DNA of 63,805 nt, counting the filler, from Olpidium bornovanus S191 (Eukaryota; Fungi; Olpidiomycota), in NCBI GenBank assembly GCA_017911155.1. It is 30 parts of 30 records of this genome, joined end to end, with 100 filler letters (N's around TTAATTAATTAA, not from the genome) between each part and the next. Parts side by side here need not be neighbours in the genome. Positions count along the whole stretch, not along the records: positions 12,204 to 15,293 come from JAEFCI010009000.1; positions 15,394 to 17,119 come from JAEFCI010009248.1; positions 17,220 to 18,230 come from JAEFCI010009910.1; positions 18,331 to 19,792 come from JAEFCI010007794.1; positions 19,893 to 22,878 come from JAEFCI010001104.1; positions 22,979 to 24,028 come from JAEFCI010004093.1; 24 more parts are not named here. One strand, written 5' to 3'. The first letter of the stretch is position 1. Every line of letters starts with the position of its first letter. The notes below the pieces were generated by a model. That model saw nothing but the letters and a program-made list of their open reading frames with translations. It did no database searches and was not told the origin of the DNA. The position numbers were made by a program, and so were the translations under genes. This document shows, in pieces, positions 12,569 to 24,028 of the stretch.

Positions 12569-12860
12569 GGCGAGATCGGAAAGAGGTAAGGGATGCCGTA
12601 TGGCGACACTCCCGGTCGGTCAGCAACGTGGACCTCGCCCGAGTCCCTCCGACGGACGTCGAAAGAGGTCCCGCAATAGGCGAGATCGGAAAGAGATACA
12701 GGGTTCCGTAATGGCGACTCCCGGTCGAACAGCAACGTGGACCTCGCCCGTATCCCTCCGACGAACGTCGAAAGGGGTCCCGCAACAGGCGAAATCGGAA
12801 AGAGATACAGGGCTCCGTAATGGCGACTCCCGGTCAGCAACGTGGATTTCGCCCGCATCC
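12569..12860. repeat. Tandem repeat, ~110-bp unit, ~2.7 copies
   Basis: GGCGA(G/A)ATCGGAAAGAG...GGCGACTCCCGGTC...AGCAACGTGGA(C/T)(C/T)TCGCCCG recurs at 12569, 12679 and 12788. Unit lengths of 110 and 109 are not multiples of 3. Confidence 0.9.
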
Positions 12861-12899
12861 CTGTGACGACACCGAAGCGGGCCTCGGCACTTGCCGCTC

Positions 12900-15060
12900 A
12901 ACACCCCCTACGCGACCGGTCCACGGGTTTCTCAAACGGCAGGCGCTTCGTCTGCAGCTGCTTCCGGATGTCTTTTTTGGTTTCCGCCTTCTGATGGCTG
13001 GAGTATGGGAGCGAATTCCTCTGGAGTAACGTTTCAAGAAGTTTCGTGTGCAGCGCCTCCTCGAATATTCTGACCGCGTACTCCTGTGTGCGGTCGGGGA
13101 AGGGGGCGGAGTGAAGGGATGGGGGGGGGGGGGGCGGGGGGGGGGGGGGGGGGGGGGGGGACGACGCGGGGGGGGTAGGGCGGAGGAGCGCGGTTAATAA
13201 AAAAAAGGAGAACAGGTGGCAAACGCTCTTTTCCAAACGATTGGGGAGCGAAGGGAAACAAAGGGGTCGGCGAAATTTAGCAAGACGAGCAACGCTTACA
13301 TATTCGTCTTCTCTCGCTCGCCGCTCGTTCTGCCTTCGTTCCTCCAGCGCTTGCTGTTCGAGCCGCCTCCGCTCGTCTTGCGCTCGCCGCTGAGCGGCGA
13401 GCTGTTCGCTGCGTCTCCGTCGGGCGGAGGCGGCAGGATCCGGAACGGCGGGAGGAACGAACTCTAAAAGGTTGTAACCTCGGTCCCGAAAACCTGCGGA
13501 TTTTTGCATCGTCGCCAGATTCGGGGAATCTGAAGTTGGGAACGACGAGAATGGGCGGACGAGCCCAAGTCAGCGAAGCCGGCGTTGGCCAAACGGCTTG
13601 CACCTGGCCTAAACGGTCTGACGTCGCCGCCCGGATGCTGTTCCCTACCTCTGCGTTCAACCCGCGGATCCCGACCCCGGTAATCTCTCCTGAAGTCGCT
13701 GTCGTCCCGCCGCCGCCAAGAGCCCCTATAAGAGTAGTCGCCGCGCGGAGATAGCTCTCGAGCCCGTCCGTACTGCTCGTCCCGCGAGCGGCACGGCAGG
13801 CGGTCGCGCGGCGCCCGCGCCGGGGACCGACGGTACCGCTGAGGCGACGGTCGGAGAGGGGACCGGGGCCGACGCGACGGAGATTGTCGGCCGGGGGACC
13901 GGCCGCGGCGCGGCGGGGGCGAATCTTGCGACCGCGGCGACCGCCCACCACGAGAAGATGACTCGCCGCGTTGCGCAAACCGACCGGTCCTGTCTTCCGC
14001 GCGCGGGGACCGCTCCGTCGGCGCTCGTGATATACGAGAGATGTGCTGATTGATCGCCAAGGAGACCGGGGATGGGTGGAAGGGGGAAGGGGAAATGACG
14101 CATAATCGCACAACAAAAGAAAGAAAAAGGAAAAATAAAGTGAGAGACGCACGGGCGCCGCTTGAAGCGTAGATCGGCAGACGTACGTCTTCGTCACGCC
14201 CTGTCTGATCTCTGTCTTTATACTTGGACTTCCCGTTTGCTCCCTCCATCGATGGCCGCCTAGTCGTCGAATCCAGCGCTTGGGGCCCGTCGGCACCCTC
14301 TTTCTGTCTGCTGTCGGTGTGATTAGCCGCCCCGTTGGGCAGGCTGTCCTCGCATTCTGAACAAGGGGTTGGTGGGGGAGGGTTCGGTGTTAGCTCTTCG
14401 ACGTCTGACCTGCGCTCGAAAGCGGCACGGAAAGCAGCCGACTTCAAAACGGTAAACACTCATCATACCCGCGTGTTTGGCCTTTTTGCGGCCGTAATGG
14501 TCAACAATCTCCCTGGGCGAACGTCTCGAACAAGAAATCACGAGTTCCCCTGGCTCCTCGTCGTCGTCGGACAAAATCTCCCCCTCCTCGACTTCCTCTC
14601 GCCGCCGTTTCGGCTTTTGCGTCCCGCTCCCACCGGCGATTTCGGATCCAGCTCCGCCCTGCACCGCGGCGGCGTCCCGTCCAGCGGCAGATTTCGCCGC
14701 AGCAGCTGCGCCCTTAGCCTTCCCAAGTTCGAACTCTCGGCCACTCGCTCCGCTTCCTCTCGTCGTCGCCCCGGCGGCAGCCTCGACGGTCTTGCCTTCA
14801 ATCTTGCTGTCGCGCGCCGATCCGGATCCCGCGGACTTCGGCATGCCGGCCTTGGCAGCGGCCGGCGCGGCCGTTCCCGGACGGGTGACATCAGCGACCT
14901 CCTCGCCTTCCTCGATCTCCTGTGAACGCTTGAAAACGGACTCGAGGCGCCCCTTGAAGGGCGTCGACTTTATGGTAAACTTGACCGGGTCCGTGCCGCG
15001 ATCGCGGACGGCGAAGAAGCCGGCGTACATGGCGGCTAAGGCGGCGAGCGGAAGAGACAG
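12900..15060 (-). CDS. Large Arg/Ser/Pro-rich, probably nuclear RNA-processing protein, multi-exon, partial
   Basis: Overlapping minus ORFs give EEVEEGEILSDDDEE, an RS/RP-rich tract (RGRSPGRQSPSRRPRSPLRPSPQRYRRSP), RD/RE-rich segments and a helical C-terminal part (YAVRIFEEALHTKLLETLLQRNSL). Exon borders not resolved. Confidence 0.55.
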
Positions 15061-15177
15061 TTGGTCGGTCGGTTTGTCTTCCAAGAGGGAAAAAAGGGAA
15101 AACAACGACGCGGGGGGAGGGGGAGGAGTGGGTGGGGTGCGGTGGGGTGGGTGGGGGGGGGGGGGGGAGGGGGAGGT

Positions 15178-15221
<44 letters not shown>

Positions 15222-15393
15222 GGGGGGGGGGGGGGGGGGGGGGGAACGCGAACGGGGCTGTTAGGGTTTAGGAGGCAAAAAGAGAATGGGAGANNNNNNN
15301 NNNNNNNNNNNNNNNNNNNNNNNNNNNNNNNNNNNNNTTAATTAATTAANNNNNNNNNNNNNNNNNNNNNNNNNNNNNNNNNNNNNNNNNNNN

Positions 15394-16309
15394 CATGCGT
15401 GCAATGTCGTCAACAGCACGGTCGACCACGCCTTGGCTGCCGAACAACGGGACGTCCATATAATATAGGTCTCTGCAGCAATCATTTTGCGGCCCCTAAT
15501 TTTAAGGGAGCTTGATTGCCGCATTTCCCAATATACATCGCCAATTGCAGTCGAGCGTGTTGCCCAACAGCCAAACGTCCGCACCGTTTTGTGAGGGTAA
15601 CCTGGTCCGTGAGAAGGCCATGGCATATCTCGAGTACGCGGACGAACACGGCTGCCGCCGTGACGGGACTCCGTCGTGAATATTTTGCGCGGCGGTCAGA
15701 AAGTGTCAAACCACGCGTCACCGGTTCTGACTCACCAAATGTCCTGGTGGAGACTTTGGCGCCGAACTTGACTATCCTGCGAGTCTTACGGTCGACCTCG
15801 GGTCCACTCGCCGGCCTGGTGAACCCGGTCACCGGGTTGTAACTGCAAGGGGAACCTCGCTGTCAGCGTACGTTCTGGTGCGAAGGTCACGCCCGCGCGA
15901 CCGACGTGAACGCGTCCGGCGCAGTGGGTAGCCCGTCATACCGCGCACGATCACGTGGTAAGACAATCTGCGGCGGTCTGCCTCGTCCCAACGCTTCCAG
16001 GATATCTCGAAAAACGTGCTCGATCCTCCTCAGGACGCTAAGCCTAGGTACGGTTCTCGAAGTTGACGCCCGTGAACGCTTATTAGAGAGAGAGCCACCG
16101 CGTTGGGCGCACCTTGCTTGGTTCCGATGCAGACTCCTTTCGTCGGAGGACGCAGGCACCACTTGCTGCTCGGAGTCTGAGTAGTCGCTGTGGTCGTCAC
16201 AGTCCGAGTCGCTCGTAACCTCCTCGAAGCCTGCGAAGTGGTCGTCGCTCCAGTCCCAGTCGCGATCTAAAAGGGGATTCGACGTCTCCAGGTTTGTTGC
16301 GTACATCAC
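15394..16309 (-). CDS. SPO11: Spo11 meiotic DSB transesterase (Top6A family), N-terminal half
   Basis: VLRRIEHVFRDILEAL..., then VRVLEICHGLLTDQVTLTK|RDLYYMDVPLFGSQGVVDRAVDDIARM across a GT-AG intron (~15473-15584). This is the Spo11 TKRDxYY motif carrying the catalytic Tyr. Confidence 0.92.
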
Positions 16310-17269
16310 CGCCCTCCGCGCGCGTCGGGCGCTATACCGTTACCGGAAATTCCGTGACTATCCAAGGAAGTCAAGCGGACCAAGTCGACGCCCTCGCCTG
16401 CCGTGCGGCCGGCTATTGCTCCGTCTGCGGCGGAGTCGTCGCCGTCGGAGAAGAAATCGAACGTGGAGCTGGTGCCGTCAAACCCGGAGCCCGCGTCGCA
16501 AACGGTCCCGTCTGCCCTTCCTGCCGACCTCCTTGTCTTAGTCCTCTTGGCAGCCCTGTCGCACGCGCCGCTGTGGCCGAGGGTCATCGCTCGCGCGGGC
16601 CTCGGCCGCCCGGACCGTTGCGCCGACAGCCCTTTTCCGGCGCGGGCCAGTCGGCGACGTCTGAGCGCAGCCCTTCTCCAGATTCCGGCTAAAAACTTCC
16701 CCGGCGAGGAGAGAGAGAGAGATTTTTTGAAACGGCCGAATTTTTCGCCGAAACGCACCGCGTGGCAACGTCGGGTGGGGAGGGCGACCGCAAACGTGAA
16801 AAACATTCCACCGGCATTTTCGCTCACGGAAAGGAACCCGGCCCCCGGTGCGGTTGTGCGCCGGGACACCGCCGCCTCCGGCTTCGAAGCGGCGGGAACT
16901 GCACCGGCAATCGCGCTTTCCACAAGGCAAGTTTGGGAACGTCCCTCTCCTCACTCTCGGTACAGAACCGTACAGTTGCGTTTCGGGATAATCGCCTGCA
17001 TGTTTTCTGGGCAAGAAGGGGAAGGCGGATTATCTTGCTGACTTTAGGCAGAACCGATTTGAGACAAGGTACTAGGTGTGGTCTAAGCCCCGGGAGGACA
17101 GAAAAACTGCGGCCCCCAANNNNNNNNNNNNNNNNNNNNNNNNNNNNNNNNNNNNNNNNNNNNTTAATTAATTAANNNNNNNNNNNNNNNNNNNNNNNNN
17201 NNNNNNNNNNNNNNNNNNNGGGGGGGGGGGGGGGGGAGAGAGGGAGGGAGGGAAGGGAAAAGCGCGTAC

Positions 17270-17544
17270 CTGCGGACGCCACGGCCTCTTTGAACTCTTC
17301 GTCCGCCTCCCGGTTTTCCCGTCGCAGCCGCTCGATGTCCTCCAGCTGACGACAGCGGGGATCAGGCGGGCGGGCAACGCGCGACACGTCCGCGGGGCCG
17401 CGCGAGGAGAGTTTTTCGTACAAACATAACGTTACCTGCTGCTCCTCAGTAACGTCCGCGCCCGGAAACCGCTCGATCAACCCGTCGTTGTCTTTTGCCA
17501 GCCGGCAAAGTTCCGTCGCCCACGCCTGCGTCAATTCTTGGTTG

Positions 17545-17579
<35 letters not shown>

Positions 17580-18071
17580 TTCAAGGTTTCGGCGCCCGCC
17601 AGGCAGACGCTCAAAATTACGACTGGAACCGCGCGGTCCTACTCTTCAGCTCGCTCGGCGGGAGAGACGCCTCTGCGGTTTCGCGAAAACGCGCGTCAAC
17701 GTACACCGCTCCCACTTTCTGCCGTGTCGCCAAAAAAAAAAAAAATAAAAAAATAAAATAAAAAAAATAAAATAAAAAATAAAAAAGAAGAACGAACGCC
17801 CGGTGCGCCACACTTCACGGACCGTTGTGCAGGGTAACGGGTATTTCCGGTGATACCTGCTTGAGGGGAGCCCTTCTCGTCAGCGTCTCCAAGCTGCCGA
17901 CAAATATCGCTGCCATCTGTTTTTGGACGGATCGTGAACGGTGTGCGGCGCAGAAAAAAGTCGGTCTGCCGGACAGGCCCGCAGGGAACACCCAAAGGAG
18001 CCGCGCAAAACGGGGGACGGCGCGGCGTGTCGTACGGCTTCAAGGTTTGCCTGCAGACGCGTCAGCTCGTC
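17270..18071 (-). CDS. MED21: Mediator subunit 21 (Srb7), multi-exon, partial
   Basis: Exons DELTRLQANLEA|MAAIFVGSLETLTRRAPLKQ ... AWATELCRLAKDNDGLIERFPGADVTEEQQ|LEDIERLRRENREADEEFKEAVASA parallel Srb7 DRLTQLQ...LIDSLPGVDVSAEEQ. Confidence 0.82.
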
Positions 18072-18138
18072 CTGTTCGCGAGCGCCAGTCGTGACGAGGG
18101 CGCCGGAGCCGCGTTTTCGCCGTTAGCGCGGAACTTCC

Positions 18139-18170
<32 letters not shown>

Positions 18171-18492
18171 ACCCCCCCCCCCCCCCCCCCGAGCCCCCCC
18201 CCCCCCCCCCTCCCCGCCCCACACCCCCCCNNNNNNNNNNNNNNNNNNNNNNNNNNNNNNNNNNNNNNNNNNNNTTAATTAATTAANNNNNNNNNNNNNN
18301 NNNNNNNNNNNNNNNNNNNNNNNNNNNNNNCATGACCAATGTTGATAGGAACTTTGACTCCATCACCAGCCAACGCGGCCTGTTGTCTGCAGAAACAGGG
18401 AACGTTATTTTGGTATACAAACACAACGAAATTCCCTCTTGCCTGCGCCCCCCCCCCCCCCCCCCGCCCTCTTCTTCTCTTCCCTATTACAC

Positions 18493-19770
18493 TTACTGTC
18501 TTTGCCGCTGATAATGCTGTTCATTCCTGATGTCCAATCCCTGTATACTGTGCGCACGGCGATCCTGCATCCTTCGTTTTTTCGTGACCCTCCCTCGTGT
18601 TACCCTCTTTCTGGATGTATCCAGAATCCACGACCTCATCCCGAAACTGTCGTCCGAGTCCGAATCTGAATCTGAATCTGAATCTGAATTGGAATCCGAA
18701 TCGATGTCAAAATCGGAGTCGGAGTCGCCCTGAGTGCTCTTGCTGGATTCCCGCCTCGGCGTAGTTCTTCCCTGGCGCTCGGCACGGCGTCCGGGCCGAC
18801 GGCGAACTTGGTCTCCGCTTAAGGAAGTCTCGGACAGCTTCATACCGCTGTCAGAGACGTCGTCGTCGCTCGAAAAATCGGCGGAGGGAGGCGAGGCATT
18901 CCCTTTCGCAGCGAAACGTCAGACTTTTCGGAGCTAGCTAAGATTCGGCGTACATCCGCAAAAAACGTACTCGCACGCTTTCTATTTTCGATGACGATCA
19001 CACATTCCCTTCGGCGGCGAAGCTGGGACGGTTCGCGGCTGGACGCAGACTTCCCGGGAGGAACGGGCTCCTCCGGCCGACTTGATCTCCGTTCTTCACG
19101 ATTTTCAAAATCGATCACCAACATGTTGCATGGAGGGACGGCTGGACGCGGAGGCTCGTTCGAAATGGTGTCTGATAAACCCTGTACTGTCCGAGCCGTC
19201 TCGCCTGCTTCTTCAGGTGTAGGACTCTCATCGTTGGCGATCTCTGGCGTTGAGCCAATAAAAACGGCACCGGCGTCCGTTCGCGGCGTTCGTGAGGGAA
19301 GTACCGCTGCTTTGCAGTTCGTGCAATTGTTCGGGAGATCGGAGAGCGGAGAGTCCATTTTAACTGCAGACAACTTCTCCGGGGTGGCGTGCTCGCGCAC
19401 CACGGATTCCCTTCGTTCGGAGCTGGATTCGTCGTCAGAAGACGATATGACAATCACTAGATAAGCGTAAAAATGAAAAAGGGGATGAGGACGACGATTG
19501 GCGGAAACTAAAGTTTTCGAACGAAAGAAGCAAATCGACGGAACTCCATCGACGAAGGCGTCAAAAACGGAAACACAAAGAGATCTCACGGCCGCTTTCT
19601 CCTTCACCAGATCCTTGGACAAAATTTTCCGCCGTCGATCTTTCGGGCGCGGTCAAGGCCTGCGTATCCTGCATGCCCGATAACGATCCCGCCGCGCTTG
19701 CCATATCGTGTGCCCCAGGCAAGTTGTCTTCTCCGGCAGCACTGCATTTCAATAGCACACGCTCGTGCAT
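18493..19770 (-). CDS. Hypothetical Ser/Asp-rich low-complexity protein, multi-exon
   Basis: Successive minus ORFs with SSSDDESSSE, SSDDDVSDS, a DSDSDSDSDSD tract and basic NLS-like RKRVTRGRVTKKRR. No domain recognised. Confidence 0.4.
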
Positions 19771-19892
19771 CGGGGCATCGATTGAACACTCANNNNNNNN
19801 NNNNNNNNNNNNNNNNNNNNNNNNNNNNNNNNNNNNTTAATTAATTAANNNNNNNNNNNNNNNNNNNNNNNNNNNNNNNNNNNNNNNNNNNN

Positions 19893-19988
19893 GCCCTCCG
19901 AGACTTCTCCGAGCCCTCCGAAACTTCTCCGAGCCCTCCGAGACTTCTCCGAGCCCTCCGAGACTTTTCCGAGACCTCCGAGATCTCC
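19893..19988. repeat. 20-bp minisatellite, ~4.5 copies
   Basis: Unit GCCCTCCGAGACTTCTCCGA at the contig start. Confidence 0.9.
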
Positions 19989-20123
19989 TCCCAAGGCAGG
20001 CAAGTGAACCATGGAAGCGGCCGAGGCGGCTGTGACGGCGGCCGCGTGAACCATGGAAGCAGCCGTGACGGTGACCTCGTGAACGCCACACGTCAACCGT
20101 CAACCATGGGGAAAGCACCATGG

Positions 20124-21338
20124 TCAACCGTGACGCAAACGGCAGGCCCAGTGAACGCCACGCGGAACATCCTCACCGTCAACCATGGGCGCAGCACCAT
20201 GGTCTGTTTGCTTTTTCGGAGCTCTACACTCTTTCGCGATGTGCCCTCGTTTGCCGCAGTTATAGCAGGCAACCTTCAGTTTGGTCTCCTTGCTTGTGTT
20301 TTCCGTCGAGGATGCCCCAGCAGCGCCAGCCCCATGGATGAGCCTTTTCTTCTCGTCGCCGATTATACAACGGTCGCGGCAGACAGCCTCTTGTACTTTG
20401 TATAAGTTATCCAATCGGGGGTCACCGCTTAGCCCCAATGGAACCTCATCGCCCAGAATTGCTCGTCCCTTGGAATGGGAATCTAAAGATACAGTGAGTT
20501 GAATGTTTCAATGTATTTAGTTATCCAATCAGGGGTCATGAGCATGACGCGGATTTTTCGGTCACCGCTTAGCCCCAATGGAACCTCATCGCCCAGAATT
20601 GCTCGTCCCTTGGAATGGGAATCTAAAGATACAGTGAGTTGAATGTTTCAATGTATTTTTCGAGGTCCCGTCGCAGTTAGCCTGGGATAGGTTTGCCAGG
20701 TCCTTCATGGTCGTTTGTTGGTGTTCACGCAGGTTGTACTGTTGGTAGAAGGCGTCCAGCAGCTCTTCCTACTTTGTCCAATGACCATGACTGCCGCGCC
20801 GGTAGTCCTTAGAGTGGCTTTTCCAAAAGAGACTTGCTTGTCCAGTTAGCTTATTGGTAGCTAGCGCCAGGGCTTCTGTCGGGGTGAAGTGCCCGGCTTC
20901 CATGGCTGTCTCCATTTTTTCTATGAAGTCGATGACGGTCACCGCCCCTCCTGGATCCGCAAATTGTGTTCCCATGGTGCCCAACGCGCCCCACGTAAGG
21001 GCTGTGGTTTTCTGCGCCGCGCGTGCTTTCGTCATCTGGGTGCAGGTCTGAGCTGACCAACACCTCAACTGTGTTTTCGAGGTCTTGGAGTTTGTCTTCC
21101 ATAGCGGCCTTTTCCCTTTGGAGGGAGGCCACCCTTCGCGTAGGGCGGCCATTTCCGCCTCAGCGTTTTCACGCTCACTGTGCCCGCGTAGGGCGGCCAC
21201 TTCCGCCTCAGCGTTTTCACGCTCACTGTGCCGCTTCTCCTCCTTTGCTTGTTCTCGTCGTAACAGAACGGAGTCCACTATTCTTCTCGACTTTTCTGAC
21301 AGTCCCGTCATTCGGGACGTGTTGGACAACACGGACAC
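20124..21338 (-). mobile_element. Degenerate LTR-retrotransposon gag (capsid-like region plus CCHC zinc knuckle)
   Basis: FIEKMETAMEAGHFTPTEALALATNKLTGQASLFW (gag capsid pattern) and CYNCGKRGHIAKEC at ~20226-20267. Broken by frameshifts, a stop and an internal duplication. Confidence 0.8.
20407..20658. repeat. Near-perfect ~100-bp direct duplication inside gag
   Basis: GTCACCGCTTAGCCCCAATGG...GTTTCAATGTATTT at ~20421 and ~20561, each preceded by GTTATCCAATC. Confidence 0.9.
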
Positions 21339-21639
21339 TCTCGAGGTGCTTCCCGCGCCGGTCTTGGTGGTGTCACGGGACGTTCCCCTTCCGCGTTCGG
21401 GGGTGAAGAAGGGAGCTTTGCCTTCCGCCGGCGTTCCCCAAGTTTACCAGGCATGGCTGTCGGGCCAAACCACGGTTGCTGCGGCCGGGGCGGTCACGGT
21501 CGTTCCTTCTCTTCTCCTCTCCAGGTTCTGTGGACCGGGAAGATGTCGCGGTTTGCGCTACTAATGGTCCTTTTTCTCGCGCGGACACCGACGGACGGCT
21601 TTTTCTCGCGCGGACGCCGACGAACGGTTTTTTTCTCGC

Positions 21640-21850
21640 GAGCGTCGCCGGACGGCGGGAGCAGTGCGCCGACGAGGAGCGGTGCGCCGACGGACGGCGA
21701 GAGCGGTGCGCTGACGGACGGCGAGAGCCGTGCGCCGACGGACGGCGAGAGCGGTGCGTCGACGGACGGCGAGAGCGAGGGCGCGGAAGAGGCGAGGGCG
21801 CGGGCGCGGAAGAGGCGAGGGCGCGGGCGCGGAAGAGGCGAGGGCGTGGA
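21640..21850. repeat. Two adjacent ~24-bp GC-rich minisatellite arrays upstream of gag
   Basis: Units GCCGACGGACGGCGAGAGCGGTGC and GGAAGAGGCGAGGGCGCGGGCGC. Confidence 0.8.
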
Positions 21851-22460
21851 CTTTTCGCGCAGTTGCCGACAGACGGCGGGAGGCTTCGTGGGCCCGGACT
21901 TTTTCGCGCAGCTGCCGACGGACGGCGGAAGCCTCTTCTTTTCTTTTGGGACTTCGCTTCTTCGACGGTAAGCCCTTCGTTCGTAGTCAGGGCGGTCCCG
22001 TTGGGCTCATAACCTGTGTGTTCGGGGCGCTTGTGAGCATTGCGGTGCTCCTCCTTGAATAGATCAAGAAGAGATGCAGTTGCTGCATCTCTTCTAAAAG
22101 TTACACGGATCACGCCGCCCCGCCCTCCTGCCGGGCCACGCGGGCAACAGTGTAGGATAAAGGGGCACCGAGAGCGCACCAGGCCCGCGTTACCCCTGTT
22201 CTTCGTAACGTGCTGCTGAACTCCGCCTTACGTCCGTAACTCAACGCACTCTTGCTTCCGGGATCCGAAAGTAGTGGATTTATATCCTTCCCGCTCCTAA
22301 ATTTTCGCTAGCTGATCCATCCATACAAACTGCTCCATCAACTATCTTAAAAATCTCAATTTTCTTATAAGTTATTAGTTATAACGTAAAGCTTGAGAGG
22401 GACGACTGTATATTTTTCTTTAGCTAACAAAGCTTTCCGACACCATGGCGCAGAGCCCGT

Positions 22461-22877
22461 CTAGACCTTCTTCACGCACGAAATTTCCCCTATTGAAATG
22501 TCTGGGCAGCGCTCGTCGTTCTTGCAACACGCGCCGTCCGAATCACGGAAACCGAGCCACTGGACGTGAGGGTATTCGTATTTGCAGCACCACTCGCCAC
22601 TGACGCACGTTTTGCCCGGGATATCGAAGTCGCCCTCGGTCACGTTGGTCTGGCAGAATCGCAGAGGGGGGTCCCCTCCGGGCATGCATTCTCTTTCTTC
22701 TTGGGGAAGGTCCGGGTTCGGGCACCGCTCCTTATCGAAGATGTTGAGCTTGCAGCCCCCGCCGTCGGCGCCGGCGTTTATGGCATCTTGCGGGATCACT
22801 CCGTCTGGGAAGCCGCAGCACGCCTCATATGCCCTGCAGCTTTTCATCGGCGTATCAAAGCCCTGCTCCTCTGACAT
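22461..22877 (-). CDS. Cysteine-rich hypothetical protein (14 Cys in 138 aa), probably 5'-truncated
   Basis: Clean ORF with three CC pairs (EACCG, EWCCK, GACCK). Begins 1 nt from the contig edge. Confidence 0.65.
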   Translation of the reverse strand: MSEEQGFDTPMKSCRAYEACCGFPDGVIPQDAINAGADGGGCKLNIFDKERCPNPDLPQEERECMPGGDPPLRFCQTNVTEGDFDIPGKTCVSGEWCCKYEYPHVQWLGFRDSDGACCKNDERCPDISIGEISCVKKV

Positions 22878-23007
22878 ANNNNNNNNNNNNNNNNNNNNNN
22901 NNNNNNNNNNNNNNNNNNNNNNTTAATTAATTAANNNNNNNNNNNNNNNNNNNNNNNNNNNNNNNNNNNNNNNNNNNNAGACTCTGGGGGGGGGGGGGGG
23001 GGGGGGT

Positions 23008-23102
<95 letters not shown>

Positions 23103-23263
23103 GACCGCGATCCCTTCGGCACACGCGTGAAGCTCGGGAGCCTCGTTTCACGGTGTTTTCCTCCTGTCCAAAAAATATATATATATAATAAAAAAATAAA
23201 ATAAACGATAAAAAATTCGCCGAAACGCGGGGGTTGGTGGGGGAACGACTGCCAAAAAAAAAG

Positions 23264-24028
23264 TGACGACGACCTTCAAGACTTACTCGACGACGACGAG
23301 GCGCTGAGGGTATACTTTGAGGAGCTGGACTGGGTGAAAGACATGCAGCTCGTACACGAGGAGTTGCAGGCGGGCAACGAGACCCTTGCGCGTGAGCATA
23401 CGTGCACAATGCATTTTTCTTGGGAATGGAGACGGATACACGTAGACGCTTTGCGGCGCCGGAAAATACCGGGTTGTTAAATTGATTTATTCTTATTATT
23501 TTGAATTTTTTTTTGTTTTTTGTTCATTTCTGTTTATTTTCGTTTCTTTTGTTTTTTGATTTTCCTGTGGTTTTCGTTTTTTTTCAATCGGTTCGGTTTG
23601 ATTTTTGTTTTTATTATTGATCGATTTTTATTTTTTTATTTTTAATGTTTTATTTTAATTTTTTTCTGGTTTTTTAATTTTTTTATTCTTTTATGTTTTA
23701 AATTTTTCTATGTTTTCATTTTTTTGCTTTATTTTCTTGTTTTTTTCGAACTTTTATATTCCTTTTTTATTGTTTTTTACTTTTGTATTCTTTTATTATT
23801 TTAAAACTTTTAATTATTTTTATTTCAATTTTTCTTTTATTTTTATTTTTCTATTTTCTTCTCTTTTTGCATTTTTTTATTTTTTATTTTTTATTATTTT
23901 ATTTTTTCATGTTTTTATTTTTAAATATATTTTTTATTTTTTTGTTTTTTGGCAGGACAAAACCTCCCAAAAAATGAAGAACTGGTCCGGCTGAAAGAGG
24001 CCATCGCCGAGCAGCAGCGGACGTATGC
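23264..24028 (+). CDS. VPS37: ESCRT-I subunit Vps37-like (Mod(r) domain), two exons
   Basis: DDLQDLLDDDEALRVYFEELDWVKDMQLVHEELQAGNETLA|RQNLPKNEELVRLKEAIAEQQ. Intron 23392-23955 with consistent phase; matches the Mod(r) N..LA..NL pattern. Confidence 0.6.

Noticed and set aside
22170-22190. TGGTGCGCTC on the minus strand as the PBS of the gag element
   Set aside because: Not preceded by an LTR-terminal CA, and no LTR could be delimited.
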